From positions 11,098,001 through 11,162,000 of the forward strand of contig CM022677.1 in the NCBI GenBank assembly GCA_012295275.1: a stretch of DNA of 64,000 nt. Direction: 5' to 3'. The translations under genes were made by a program, and so were the position numbers. The stretch's first letter is position 1. Every line of letters begins with the position of its first letter. The notes below the pieces were generated by a model. The model saw only the letters and a list, made by a program, of their open reading frames with translations. It was not told the DNA's origin and did not search any database. This DNA comes from Chrysomallon squamiferum. Its lineage: Eukaryota; Animalia; Mollusca. Positions 42,001-54,798 of the stretch are shown in pieces.

Positions 42001-43683
42001 TTGGCATATCTGACTGAAACCAGAGTTAAACAGAACACATGGATTTTGTAACCTTTTCTTAATGAATGTAATAGTTTGATGTTGTTTTGGGGGGTGGAAT
42101 TGAACAAGTTGTTTTTTTTCCAATTCTGTTTCTTATATGGTTGTTGGTAATAATAACAAATGTTTAATTTTCAGATCTGGAGAACAGTGTGCCAAGCAGT
42201 GGAATGTCATCTAACACCTCTCAGTCTGATCCTGTATGTTTCTTTTCTGTAAATATTGTTTTAAAATATTACTGAAACGCACACTTGTGCATTCACATGT
42301 ACACTCAAATACATGCATGCAGACATACACACATGCATGTAGACACATACACATACATACACATCCTCCTCCTCACTCTTTGTCCCCCCACAAAACATAC
42401 ATTTTTCTTTCTTCCACTCTGTCTTTCTCTTTCTCACACATACACTAACCATAAATACAAATACATAGACACAGACATAAAAACAAACACGTACACAAAG
42501 TCACACAGACAAACACACGCACAAATACAGATGTTAATTTCAGACGCAAATGATTAACTCATTTACTGGAAAAGAGTGGAGAAGTATTTACATTAAAACT
42601 GAAAACAAATTCCATCTGAAACATTGTAATGTTTCAATTTCATTAAAAGCTTATTTTAATTATATTTTTTCTTTATTATTATTATTACTGTTGTTGTTGT
42701 TGTTGTTGTTATTTCAGTCTGAGGCAGCTGTTTCGGGTCTGCCTCAGCCCACAGACACAGGACAAGAACCTAGCATTGTGGAAAGCCCAACATATTTGCC
42801 AGGGACTAGTGTAAATGTTGCTGCCAACAGTGATAACCAAGGGGTACAGTCTGCATCATCATCTGCAAATAATCAAGGATTGTCAAAGCGAAACGAAGGA
42901 ATTGCTGCTCCTGCTGTATGAATTTTTATAGTTTAATTTTTTTTTTTTTTATTAACCTTATTTTGGATTAATAAAACAATATTGTTATGACACTTGGTTA
43001 ATTAAACAATATTGTTACAATATTGTATTAGTAAAACAGTATTTTTATAATCTTTTCACATCTTTAATAACAGGAATGTTTTCAATTTATTTATTTATTA
43101 TTTTATTCAATTTTATTTTATTTTTAAAGTCATCCTTAAATAACAAAAACATTTGTAAAGAATTATTCATTCAGACTGTACTAATTTTGAAAAATTTCAA
43201 ATCCTATTCCAGAAATATTGTTTTTATAAATGGTTTGTATTTGATCAGTTTACCTATTTAGATCAATTTGTTTACAGGTCAGTCACAAAACAGACATTAC
43301 TCTCAGTGGCGATCAAACATCATCGACAAATGTCTTTGAGTCTGGTATGTATTCTAGAGTAAATTTAAACACACACACTTTTGTGTAACAGATAATATAT
43401 ATATAGTATCATCACACTATCACTATAAAAAGTGGCAACACATTTCTACTACGAAGTCAGTTTTTGTAATTTGTGGAACTGATATATAGGTTTTGGGGAA
43501 TAACTGTTTTTACTTTGGTAAATTAGTTTAAATTCACACATGTATTGTTCAAAGCCACATCTTTTGCTTTTAATTGCTGATTTAAATCTTAAATGACCAT
43601 TTTGAATGCATTTTTTATTTAAAAAGTAACAAATTGTTTGGTTTGACATATAGCTTTTGCCTCATTGAATCATCTCATTTGAA
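39036..43683. repeat. recent ~2.15-kb tandem duplication covering three kinase-gene exons
   Basis: 39036-41180 is nearly identical to 41523-43683 (offset about 2.49 kb). The ORF track repeats the same peptides in both copies. Confidence 0.97.
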
Positions 43684-46600
43684 CCTACACTAAATATATG
43701 ATGCTAACCAGTTATTTTTGTACATAGAAACACATAAGTCCTAAACAATTACAAAACCTACATAAATGCACAAACACACATTAATATATAGACAGTGAGA
43801 TACACACAAACATATTCAAATATATTCAAATATATTGACATACACAAACTTACATCATGAATATTGTTAAACAATTACTTTGGTTTAACAGTTAGCAATT
43901 ACTGATGTTTTGTTAATTCAAATTTTATGAACAATAAAACCTTGCAATAATAACTATTTTAAATTAACATCTTGTACTCTTTCTATAATTTCTGTTTCTT
44001 TCTTTTATAGATGGAACTCTTTCCATATCTGAGTTTCTAAGAGAATTAAAATTGTTGAAAGTCATTCGGTTTCCTCGTGGCAAGAATCGGGTTCCTTGTC
44101 AAGCAAAGGTAATTTTAAGAATATCATACCCTATTGATGTTGTTCTTGATGGTTCAAATGTGATTTTAATAAAGCATACCGCATAAGCAAATTACATGTA
44201 CAATGTTGAAATATGTTACTATTTAATATCTAATGTCCATTTATAAGAAAACTGAATTAAGATTTACAATTAAAATAGAATAGTGAATATCAGATTGATG
44301 TCATTGTTTTTACAGATAACTTTGGAAAATGGAGAGTACAAACGAGGTGTTCAGTTTGTACTCACTGGTAAAATTCTTGGGAAAGGGAGTAAAGGTGTTG
44401 TCTATGTAGCTAAAGATGTTGACAGTAAAACTGAACATGCAGTAAAGATCGTGAGTTACTATAAATAAATAAAATATTTAATTTTCTCTGGTTAATCAAT
44501 CGAAAGATGCATAGAAAAGTTTTCTTTATTAAAATAGTCCTTTCATTGAATTTCCTCTTGTGAATTTTGATTTTATAGGAAATGCTCTCATGTATATAAA
44601 CATACCACCTGGTAACATTTATAAAACGGAAATTTAGTTGATCAGTTATTTTATTCATCCCTTTATGTATCTGTTCTCTTCATTCATTCCTTTTTTAATA
44701 TCCAACCATTTAATCACACTGATTTTCATTTGTTCATGTTAGGATTGCACTGACATAATTTTATGAATTTTAGGTTTCAGTCAATGATTTTCATGAAAAT
44801 GAAGTAATATGTCAGTTTGATTTGAATGAAATAAACTTGGGGCCCTTGTTGCTTCTGGTCATCAGACATGGTGATGAAATCCATATTCATATGGAAATTA
44901 TTGAGCACGGTGAGAAGAAGCACATTTTTATTATTGCCTTGGAGAAAAGAAATAGGACAAATGTTCATACCAGTGTATATGTTTCTTTTTATCATTTTAT
45001 ATTCAACTGCAGATAATAAACTTTGTTATAGGTATAGTTTTATTTATTGGCTAGTTACAAATACAATTAATTATGGCTGTATGAAATTCTTAATGCTAGT
45101 TCAAAAAGTAAGTTGTACAACATAATCAATGTGAAAAGAATTTCACAATATGCATGTAGATACCAAATGTTTTTAGTGTTAAATAAAATATTTGTTCCTA
45201 TTTGAACTATTTTCATAAGGATTTCTATCTAACTACATACTTGCATAGTCTTTCATTCTATTTCATTTTAATTTTTATTGCTTTATTATTATTATCATTA
45301 TGATTATTATTATTATTATTTTTACATGAAGCACTTACAGTTTATGACATCAGAACAAAGATAAGGAAAGAACAACTGGATGAAAAATGTCGCGAACAGC
45401 TCGCCTTGCTCATTGTCAGTGGATCAGAGGATCAAGTGTATATGATGCAAGGAGTGGGCTGGACTCATGGAGACCTGACAGGTTTGGAGCATTTTAATTA
45501 ATCTGGATATTTACAGAGTCCTTTGAATACCAAAATGGATCTTATTAAGTAGCATTTGACAGTTACTGAGTTATGCAAATATTGTATTGCTGGTATTGTT
45601 ATTTTTGTATTTATACAACAGCTTGAGTGGCTGTAAAAATGTGTCTAATTAAAATCACTGAAAACTCCGACTAAACGTAATTGTTTGAATACTGGATTAA
45701 CAAACTTTTTACAAATAGATCAATGTATTGTTATTAAATTTTATTTTTATTATGTTGGTTATTTTATTGTTACAGTAAAAAAATATTATATATATATATA
45801 TACATGTATGTAAAATAAAGAACTTATTCATTGCTAACTCAAAAGTGAGTTATGCAATTTAATCCCCAATTTGATTCATAAGATCTCATTTTCAGCATCA
45901 AGCGCTGTAACCGATAATCTATTTCGTAAATGTGATTTTATCTTTAGATTTAAAAATAAAGTTGATTGAAGAAATTGTTTCAACCATATCAGTGAAAAGA
46001 TTAAAAAATAAAAAATGTTTCACAAAAGAAATATGAACAGTAGATAGAAGATGATCTTTTTGTATTTTTAATCTTTTTAACAGTTGTATAGCAGAAGTTC
46101 TGAAATAAAATCACTCAATATTAAATTTTAAAAGTAACAATATAAATAAAATAAGTACTTAGTTAGTTTAATTTAGTTTAATTTAATTTAATTTAATTTA
46201 ATTTATTTACCTTCTAGAGTGGAACACACTGATGACGTCTGATGGATCTGTAGTTGTCATAGATTATAGCGAAGCAGTCAAAAAGACAGGGGATGACGAC
46301 TATTGGCAGATTGTCAGGCTGTTTTGCACCTTGTTCAATGGAAAAGTGTTTCATGATGAAGATATGCAAAATCCAAAAACATTTGAAGAAGTAATAATAG
46401 AAATACTATGATTATAGTTCCTTTATCATTATGATTCTTATTATTGTTGTTATTTTCATTATTATGGTTAATATTGATATTTTTTATTCCTTGGTTATTA
46501 TTAATATTATTTTTATTATTATCGAATACCTTCAAAATTGTTAAAACATAAAATGTACATTTTAATGACAAAATGAAACAGTCATCATTAATTAATTTTG

Positions 46601-49600
46601 TTCTTGTTGATGTTGTTGCTGTTACTCTAGCTTTTTCTCATTATTACACTGAATTTTATTTTACATTTGTTTTGTTCTGTTTTATTTGTTTGTTTCTTTT
46701 ATTTTATTTTATTTTATTTTGATTTTATTATATTTTTTTTACTATTATTTATTTATTTATTTGTTTTTGCTAGATCTTTGAAAAGTTGAAGAAATTAAAA
46801 AAAGAATTGGGAGGTAATACAACTGTTTTTTCATTATTTTTCCATGAATACCTTGTTGTATTTAGTTAAAAGATATATAACTGTGATTGATAATTAATTA
46901 CGGTGAAACAGGTGGTAAATTCCAGGGAGGATGAGGTGTGTTAGGTCAAGTAGAAATATGTTCAGTTTTGTTTATTTAATTATTCAAATTTTCACGTGTT
47001 CATTCATTCATTTATTCATTCAATATCTCAGTTATTTATATATTTATTTTTCGTTATTTAATATTATTCCTTTCTTGTTTTGTTTTTTTTGTTTTTTCTC
47101 GTTCATTGTCTTACTGGGTTTCTTTCTTTCTTTCTTTCGTCATCTGTCACTTTATACAGGTTCATTTTAAATAATGTATTTGGATTTATGTTCAGCTATA
47201 ACAATTGTTTATTCTGATGATTATACCGTTTTATTTTTGTCAGAAAATGATGATGGAAATCTTCAGAAGTTTCTAGAGTCTTTGTTCTCAGAGTCAAAGG
47301 TCAGTAAAGATTAAAGTTCAACTATGATGAGTGGTTGATGCAGAACGGTGAAGGTTACTCAATAAACAGGACAAAAAGATTAGAATATTAATATTTGTTT
47401 TGATAATCTATCGGTATATTTAAGAAGAATATTTCTCTTTAATTAAAACATAACTAATAATAACACAAATACCACACATTATTATTATGTGTCAAAAGGT
47501 TTAAAATATTTTTGTTATGGGTTATGAAAATAGCTGTGTGAAAATCTTGATATTTATCTACACAGATTATGAGTTGTGTTAAAAAATGTACGCATTAGAG
47601 CAAAAAAAGTTCAATTTCAGTTGATTATAATATAAATGAAAATTTAAATGAGAGAATTAGGACATTTGAAAAGAAAAAAGTTACTTAAGGGACTCAAAAT
47701 ACAGGTTTTATATATTTTATTTTTATGTTTTATTTATATTATTATTATTATTATCTGTTATGTATTTATTTATTTATTTTTCTATTATTCTGTCAATTTT
47801 TAGATGTTTACTAATGTCCTTATTGAGAAAATAGAAATATCTTTCTCTATGAGTTTATTATCAAGATTTTTTTAATTTTCTATTTGTACACCTGATTTTT
47901 ATTTTTATTTTATTATTATTGATCATAGTAAAGCAATACACAATCTGTATTTAACATAAGTTCACACTTCCACTTTACAGTTTATTGGTGTCTTCAGTTT
48001 GTTGAAGAAGTTGTTCTTACATTGTTGTATCTACATATATATGATAAATTGTAACAGTGCTAAAAATAGAAATGAGAATTGTGTATAATAGTAAATAGAT
48101 GTTTAGTATGTTATCTATGATACATGAGTTTTATTCAAAATGTACGTATTGGAACAAAGAAAGTTTGATTTCAGTTGGTTATATTATTTTCAGGTTTTAG
48201 AGCAGGATCCTCATCATCAGCAAGAAATGTCTCAAAGTGGAACTGCACAGTTGCAGGTGATGTGAGAATTTGGAGTTGTGTTTGTTTTGTTGGATTTTTC
48301 TTTTTCTTTTTTTGTTTTCTTTTGTTACTGATCATAGTAAAGCGATACACAATCTGTAGTTAATATATGTTGAAACTTCCACTTTACAGTTCAATGGTGT
48401 CTCCAGTGTTGTTGAAGAAGTTGTATCTACATATGATAAATTGATTGTCTAACATTGTAAAAGTTCTAAAAATAGAAGTGAGAATTACGTATACTAGTAA
48501 ATAGATGTTATCTATGATACATTATGAGTTGTCTTCAAAATGTACGTATTGGAAGAAAGAAAGTTTAATTTCAGTTGGTTATATTATTTTCAGATTTTAG
48601 CGCAGAATCCTTATGATCTGGAAGAAAAAGCTCTAAGTGGAGTTGCAAGGAACCAGGTGATGTATGAATTCAGAGTTGTTGTTTGTTTTGTTTGTTTGTT
48701 TGTTTTGGTTTTTTTGTAGGGATTTTTTTTTTTCTTTTTTTACTGATCATAGTAAAGCGATATACAATCTGTAGTTAATATATGTTCAAACTTTCACTTT
48801 ACAGTTTAATGATATCTTCAGTGTTGTTGAAGAAGTTGTTCTTACATTGTTGTATCTACATTATAAATTATTGTCTAGCATTGTGCTAAAAATAGAAATG
48901 AGAATTATCTATAATAGTAAATAGATGTTATCTATGATACATTATGAGTTGTCTTCAGAATGTACGTATTGGAACAAAGAAAGTTTGATTTCAGTTGGTT
49001 ATATTATTTTCAGGTTTTAGAGCAGGATCCTCAGGATATCGATTTATCGTGTGGTGAAGTTAGTCTGAAGGGCAGTCAAGAATTCAGACAGACAGCTTCT
49101 GTGTCTGGTATGTATCCTAGAGTAAATTTAAACACACATATATTCACGCACACATGCACACACAAATACACACAGTATATTTTTTCTTTCTTTAGTCATG
49201 CATGTTATAATAATCATTTCTGGTTGTTTGCAGTAAATTTCCTAATATATAATGTGCATTCTGATTGGACAGTTTGGGTTTCTTGTCATTCAGTACATAA
49301 ATTGTTTATTTTATCTTGGTTAGGGGATGATGAGAAAGGTACTGATGGAGTGGCATTCAAGAATGAAATGTAAGCAAGTTTAATTGTGTTTTTATTAAAA
49401 TGTAAATTTATTCTCTTTGTATTTGATAGTGAATGCATTTTCATATGTCATAGAACAACTAAATAAATTTCCATTCAGATTAGTTCAAATTATCACAAAG
49501 TGTTAAATACGAACATGCCTTTTTTTTTTTTTTTTTTTTTTTTTGTTTAGGGTAATACCAGTTCGTTCTTGTGTTGACAAATGGAAAGATGTTAAGCTAC

Positions 49601-49650
49601 CCAAATCAAGAGAAGAATTGATAGACCAAATAATGAAAATGAAGAAATGA
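39668..49650 (+). CDS. multi-exon Ser/Thr protein kinase, MAP3K14(NIK)/MAP3K8(Tpl2)-like, atypical; about 533 aa if the frameshifted exon is skipped
   Basis: Phase-consistent AG/GT exons: 39666-39724 (ATG 39668), [40209-40407, frameshifted], 40767-40833, 42175-42233, 42718-42915, 43278-43344, 44011-44108, 44316-44450, 44774-44909, 45332-45481, 46218-46390, 46774-46813, 47244-47299, 48194-48256, 48594-48656, 49014-49107, 49324-49369, 49551-49650 (TGA). Motifs GKGSKG, HAVK, HME, HGDLTEWN, IDYS, DYW. Confidence 0.85.
44316..44450 (+). CDS. kinase exon, subdomains I-II
   Basis: ITLENGEYKRGVQFVLTGKILGKGSKGVVYVAKDVDSKTEHAVKI. Resembles NIK (YEYREEVHW..LGRGSFGEV..D..TG..CAVK). Boundaries tacag| and |gtgagt. 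Confidence 0.93.
44774..44909 (+). CDS. kinase exon, subdomains III-V
   Basis: VSVNDFHENEVICQFDLNEINLGPLLLLVIRHGDEIHIHMEIIEH. Resembles Tpl2 (PVDQFKPSDVEIQ..WGETVHLFME). Confidence 0.88.
45332..45481 (+). CDS. kinase exon, subdomain VIa-VIb
   Basis: ALTVYDIRTKIRKEQLDEKCREQLALLIVSGSEDQVYMMQGVGWTHGDLT, phase 1-1. Confidence 0.88.
46218..46390 (+). CDS. kinase exon, end of VIb, VII and IX (VIII absent)
   Basis: EWNTLMTSDGSVVVIDYSEAVKKTGDDDYWQIVRLFCTLFNGKVFHDEDMQNPKTFEE. Boundaries ttctag| and |gtaata. Confidence 0.88.
47918..49032. repeat. ~410-bp tandem triplication, each unit carrying one coding exon
   Basis: TGATCATAGTAAAGC(A/G)ATA(C/T)ACAATCTGTA at about 47920, 48329 and 48744. The acceptor TTTCAGTTGGTTATATTATTTTCAG precedes exons 48194, 48594 and 49014. 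Confidence 0.92.
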
Positions 49651-50227
49651 ACAAATCTTCAACAGCTTCAATTTTTAACTCTTTAAATGGTGTATTCTTT
49701 CTGTGTTATACAATAAGTTGTTATTTTTTTTGTGGTTAAAATTCTGTTTACAACAAAAGAAAAGGAAACGTTTTGTCAGCATAACACATTTACTTGCGAA
49801 CTTGTGAACTATTAACAAACACTGGGATTAACAAACTCAAAACTGGCATCAATGTAATTCAGAAAGGCTGTCTTCAGGGCTGGTTACTGAACGTCCGCGC
49901 AATGTCTATAAGTATTCGACGAGCGTTTTAAACAATATCTCTTGATTGTGCGCCTTCATGAGATATCTTCTCTGAGGGCCGTTTGGCACAAGAAAAAGGC
50001 AATGGTAATTTTGTTTTAAATGTTTTTGTTTACATAACGTGTTGATTGATTGAAGATAGCTAAATCGATTACTGATGGATATTCTGTTGTGCTATTCTGT
50101 GGTCCGTACTTGTTCTCCAAAACTAAGTAACAAACTAAGAAAGATTAATAACTAAAAGATTAGCTAGAAAGTTAAAGTAACCAACGTGGTTTAATTAGTT
50201 TAGTATAATGTATCAACGCTATTTATA

Positions 50228-50482
50228 GCAAGTTAATAAATAATTAATATTGTTACTAAAGAATTAACACACAGATAGTTCATTAACATAATTAATATAT
50301 AGCTAGTTGAAAAATAATTAGTATGTAGTTAGTTAATAAATAGTTAATATATAGTTAGTTAATAAATAATTAACGTACAGCTAGTTAATAAAAAATATGT
50401 AGCTAGTTCATAAATAATTAATATATAGGTAGTTAATAAATAATTATATAGCTAGTTAATAAATAATTAATATATATTTAGT
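50228..50482. repeat. degenerate ~26-bp AT-rich tandem repeat
   Basis: Recurring GCTAGTTAATAAATAATTAATATATA. Confidence 0.75.
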
Positions 50483-50994
50483 TGGTGTTTTATCCCTTAA
50501 CATGAACAAAAATGAATACTAACAGCGTTGACGTGAAGTATGTGAAAACATTTAAACCTTTTGTTTTTCTTGTTTTTCTTGTTGTTTTTTTTTGTTTTTT
50601 ATACCTTGAATGTTTTACCAATTTCATGGTTAACCTTAAATAAGTTATTGTTAAAATGTATCCGCACAGAGATGAATCAATTAGGTTGTTTATAATTATT
50701 TCATAACGTTTTTGTGAGTTACTATTACATGTTGGTATGTCTTCAACTTAAACTCGTTTGCAGACTTTAAAAAACTATATATATTTACTTGACTATTTGC
50801 TGATTATTACTTGTTATAGTTAAATTATGTTGAAACTTTTTCCGAGTTTGTTAACTCGCGAATGTTTTATCTTGTATTCTTGATGACTTCAGTGTTGTGC
50901 TTCACATATTTAATAATGTTGCCACGTCTTGTGATTTACTCATTTTATTATTACATTTTACGTAGTGATTAGTTATGTTTTCATTTTAAAAGTC

Positions 50995-51390
50995 ACTGCT
51001 GTATTGTTGCTTATTTTATTGTGAAGTTCATAATTTGTTGATTGTACTGTTAAATTTTACATTTTTGCTGATTGTACTGTGAAACTGATAAAATGCGATT
51101 GCTCTACTTATCTTTTGCTGATTGTATTTGTACTGTTAAATGTATTTTTATTTTCCTTTCAAACAGATAAAAACTGTATTTATCGTTTGCAGATTTTTCT
51201 GTGAAATTAATAATAAAAAAAACTTAATTATCTTTCGATTGATGTTAAATTGATAAAATGCTGTTTTACACTTTGTTAGATTTTGCTGATTTTATTGTCA
51301 AATTGACAGTTTTTCTGTATAAGATTTTTGCTCGTTTTACTGTCAAACTGATAAAATACTAATGACGGTACTGTTAAATTTTACATTATT
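50995..51390. repeat. degenerate tandem repeat abutting the helicase truncation point
   Basis: Recurring TTTGCTGATTGTACTGT(T/G)AAA(T/C)TGATAAAAT. Confidence 0.65.
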
Positions 51391-51403
51391 ACATTTTTAC
51401 GAT

Positions 51404-53075
51404 TTATTTTCTCCTAGCGTACATTGGAAGCGCATTGTCAAGTCTGTGGCATTCTACTTCAAACAGACTTCTTATGAGGTTAATTTCTCTGTCAAACGTA
51501 TTTGTTTCCCAGCTTTTTCTGAGTGTCTTGTCTAGATATTTCAGAAATGCCTGAAATTCTGTCCTCTGAAGATTGAATTCCTTTACTTTATCTTCCAGAG
51601 CATCCCGTTCTGATTGCATTTTGTAAAAAAGATTGACTGGCATATGCTTGGTTGCTGTGAGACCTAAAATCTGTTTTTTCGCTTTTTTTTATCTTCTCAT
51701 CGTGTCTTTCCAGTGGCTGTTTTGCCTGGCTTGTAATCTTTTCTAAATGGCTCGTGAAAATATCTTCATTCTTACCTGTTGTTATGGATTCCTTAACTTC
51801 ATCGAAAGTTGTATATATTTATAGATCGTTCTCTCGGTTTCCCAGTTTTATGAGATGTTCAGCTCCTCCACTTAAATGTCTACTGGCGAATTTTAGAGTA
51901 ATCACAGTCCGATTGACTTTCGCGCTTGATACCCAGTCCGTCAGTTCAAATCCCTCCATAGCACCCAAGCTCTGGAAACGTTTCTTCAGAAAACTGCGCA
52001 TGTCAAAGTCATCAGACTTTTCTTCTCCTGTTTCGATATTTTATTTTTGTTTCTCCCTTTACTGACTGACGAACAAGACAAAGACTCATTCACAGTTCTG
52101 TCAATTTTTTAGTCTGACTTGCCTCGGTTCTTTTCTTTAACGTTCGGCAGGTTCCGACTGTTTCCGTTCGGATCAGCTGCAGACGTTGATGTTTCATAAT
52201 CGCAGTTTTTAGCGTGTTTCCTTGTTTTATCTGCTGACTTCTGGACGTGATCGTTTTGTGGAGTTTGTGACGTATTCACGTTTTCTTCTTTGTTATGTTT
52301 TTTATTTGATTTATCTATTACGGTCTCTTCTACTCTATCATGTTTCTTTCTCTCATCCCTAGCTTTCTGAACGAAGATTTTTTCTTTGGCAGATTTCTGA
52401 TCTCTGGGACGTATTTCAGAAATCGACTGTGGTCGTCGACCTTCATTAGCGTTATTGCTGTTTCTTTCAATGTGATTATCAGATTCCGCGTTTTTGCTTT
52501 CACCTTCTGACCTTCCAAGACGTCTCGAGATACATATGTAGTTGTATCTGCGATTGTCATATTTTTCACTGCAGAGGTCAGCTTGAAAAGACGACTTAGT
52601 ACAATTTCCCGCTTTCTTTATTGTTTCTGCGACGGACATGCCCGCTGACCTGTCAGAAAGTGTGTCTGTCGTAGACGTGCTTCACAACAGCTTGCTCTGA
52701 TTAGCACGTTAATTTTTTTTTCATTCATTCATTCATTGTTTCTCTGGTTGTATTTGCTTCTGAAGCACTATTTCTTTTTGGGGTGTGAAAATCTTTGGCG
52801 GTCGGTCGTGATCTAGCTCGAGATTCCGACTCCCGGTTTTCTTTGACAGACTTTTGCGACAGATCTTTTTCTGTAGGTGACTTTGAGTTTTTGCCTTCTG
52901 TTGTCTTTGGTCGTGTCTCTTTATTTTGTCGTCTGTGCCTATTGTAATACGTTCTAGTTTTCGTATGACGTTCTTCAACTTCTGGAACGTCACGGTTTGG
53001 CGCTTGTTGTTTGTAATTGTTTATTTCGCAGTCGGTGATTTTAGCAGTTGATTGTTTCGACAAACCTTCAGCCAT
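51404..53075 (-). pseudogene. N-terminal fragment of a DEAH11/DEAH12-like (RBR-type) RNA helicase, frameshifted and truncated
   Basis: Four consecutive same-strand ORFs starting at MAEG (53075): low-complexity K/R/E/S N-terminus, then SFLKKRF..VITLKFAS, a coiled-coil stretch, and EFQAFL..FEVECHRLDNALPMYARRK*. E..RL...LP(I/M)YA.R is the motif that precedes Walker A in this family. No GETGSGKST follows. Confidence 0.7.
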
Positions 53076-53346
53076 TTTTTTCAGTTTATTCTTGTTTATT
53101 ACAATTTATTTCGAAGAAGATTTAAAAGTAAGCAGATTTCTTTCCATCTTATACTGTTTTATTTTATTACTTATTTTTTTTTTTTTTTTTTTTTTTTTTT
53201 TGATTGTGGTTGTTATTGATTGTTATTGTTTATTTATTTTATGGGATTTTTTTCTCGCGATTACTGAAGACCTAGATTAAATCAGCGAGTCAGTGTCTCG
53301 TATTCTTACTGATCCGAAAATCCGAAAACAGTCTACTGAAAAAGAT

Positions 53347-53399
<53 letters not shown>

Positions 53400-54410
53400 T
53401 ACACACACACCAAGACACACACACACACACGCACACATATATATACATTTACAGACCTATATAGTGATGAATTAATCGCATATTATAGACACCTACAAGG
53501 TACTCCAAAGTGATTTTCTGTCTGGGAACTAAAAGGTTGACTCCCAGCTATAATTATTGATCGTTTTATCATAATAAATTTGAAAAATTCATAACTCTAT
53601 TTCTTCTTGTACTGTAAACACAGTGAAAAGGTCAAGATGATGAAATTCATTTAGAAAAATCAGAAAATTTGAAACGGTATTTTTTTGGCGGCGTCCAAGA
53701 GTTTTATTTTTTTTTTTTTTTTTTTTTTTTGTTGTTGTTGTTTAACAAGTTTCAGTTTTCTTCAGCATCGAGGTACACTGTTAGTTCTGCTGAAGGTTAT
53801 ATAATAATAAAAATAAATTACAGAGTGTTATTTCTTCCTGACAAGAGGGCTCAAAGCACTTAACAAGAAGACTATTCTAAGATCACGTGGAAACAAAAAC
53901 ACGTATGAAAAATGAAATATACGGTGATGAGAATGTAAATGGAGCAGAAGCTGAATTTCATTGGATAAGGCTTAAAAGAGGCTTTTGAAAAGATTACTTT
54001 TTAGAGTCAGTTTGAATGCACGAGTGGACTTTATGAAGCAAATGTCAAAACCAAAAAGGAACTGCTCGATATTGGCTGTTGAAGAATAAAAATCATCTTC
54101 AGAGCCTCGCGTTATTTCATCATTTGTAAAAAAAAATAATAATAATAAAAAGATAAAGATTTCGGTATTAAGCTGTAAATATTCCAGCAACTTTTATTTA
54201 CCAGTCTGAGCTGAAGTTTGAGTAACTGAATAAAGAAAATAATACTAAGTGATGTACGTAACGAGCTTAATTTGAACCCCTAACAGTAATAAACCACACA
54301 CATTTTATCATCAGTGAGAATATTTATTTCCAAAGAATTGCAACAACCGTAGAACAATATATATGTATGTATATATATATATATATATAATAATAATAAT
54401 CATAATAATC

Positions 54411-54481
<71 letters not shown>

Positions 54482-54787
54482 AATAAAAGAAAAGCTAAAT
54501 ATTACTGAATGGACAATCAGAAATAAGACGGCCATTTTAAATCACACCAGTTAAATCACCTGAACGTTTTTATGCAACAGAAATAAAAAGACTGGTCAAA
54601 ACCTTCACAGTTTTTGTTCTGAAGGCTTTCTCTACACAGCCTACAACTAGATTTTGCAGAGGTTTCCTTTCCATCAAAAAATAATAGCCCTGGATAAACT
54701 TAGTCTTCATCCTAATAAATATACATGTATTTCGTAAAATTAATATTACCTAAAAGAAAATTTTCTGCAAGGAAACTCGCAAGAAGC

Positions 54788-54798
54788 GAAAGTGAAAG
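54788..54798 (+). promoter_or_regulatory. IRF/ISRE-like motif GAAAGTGAAAG
   Basis: Matches GAAANNGAAA. An ETS-like CAGGAAGT lies at about 54892. Confidence 0.3.
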
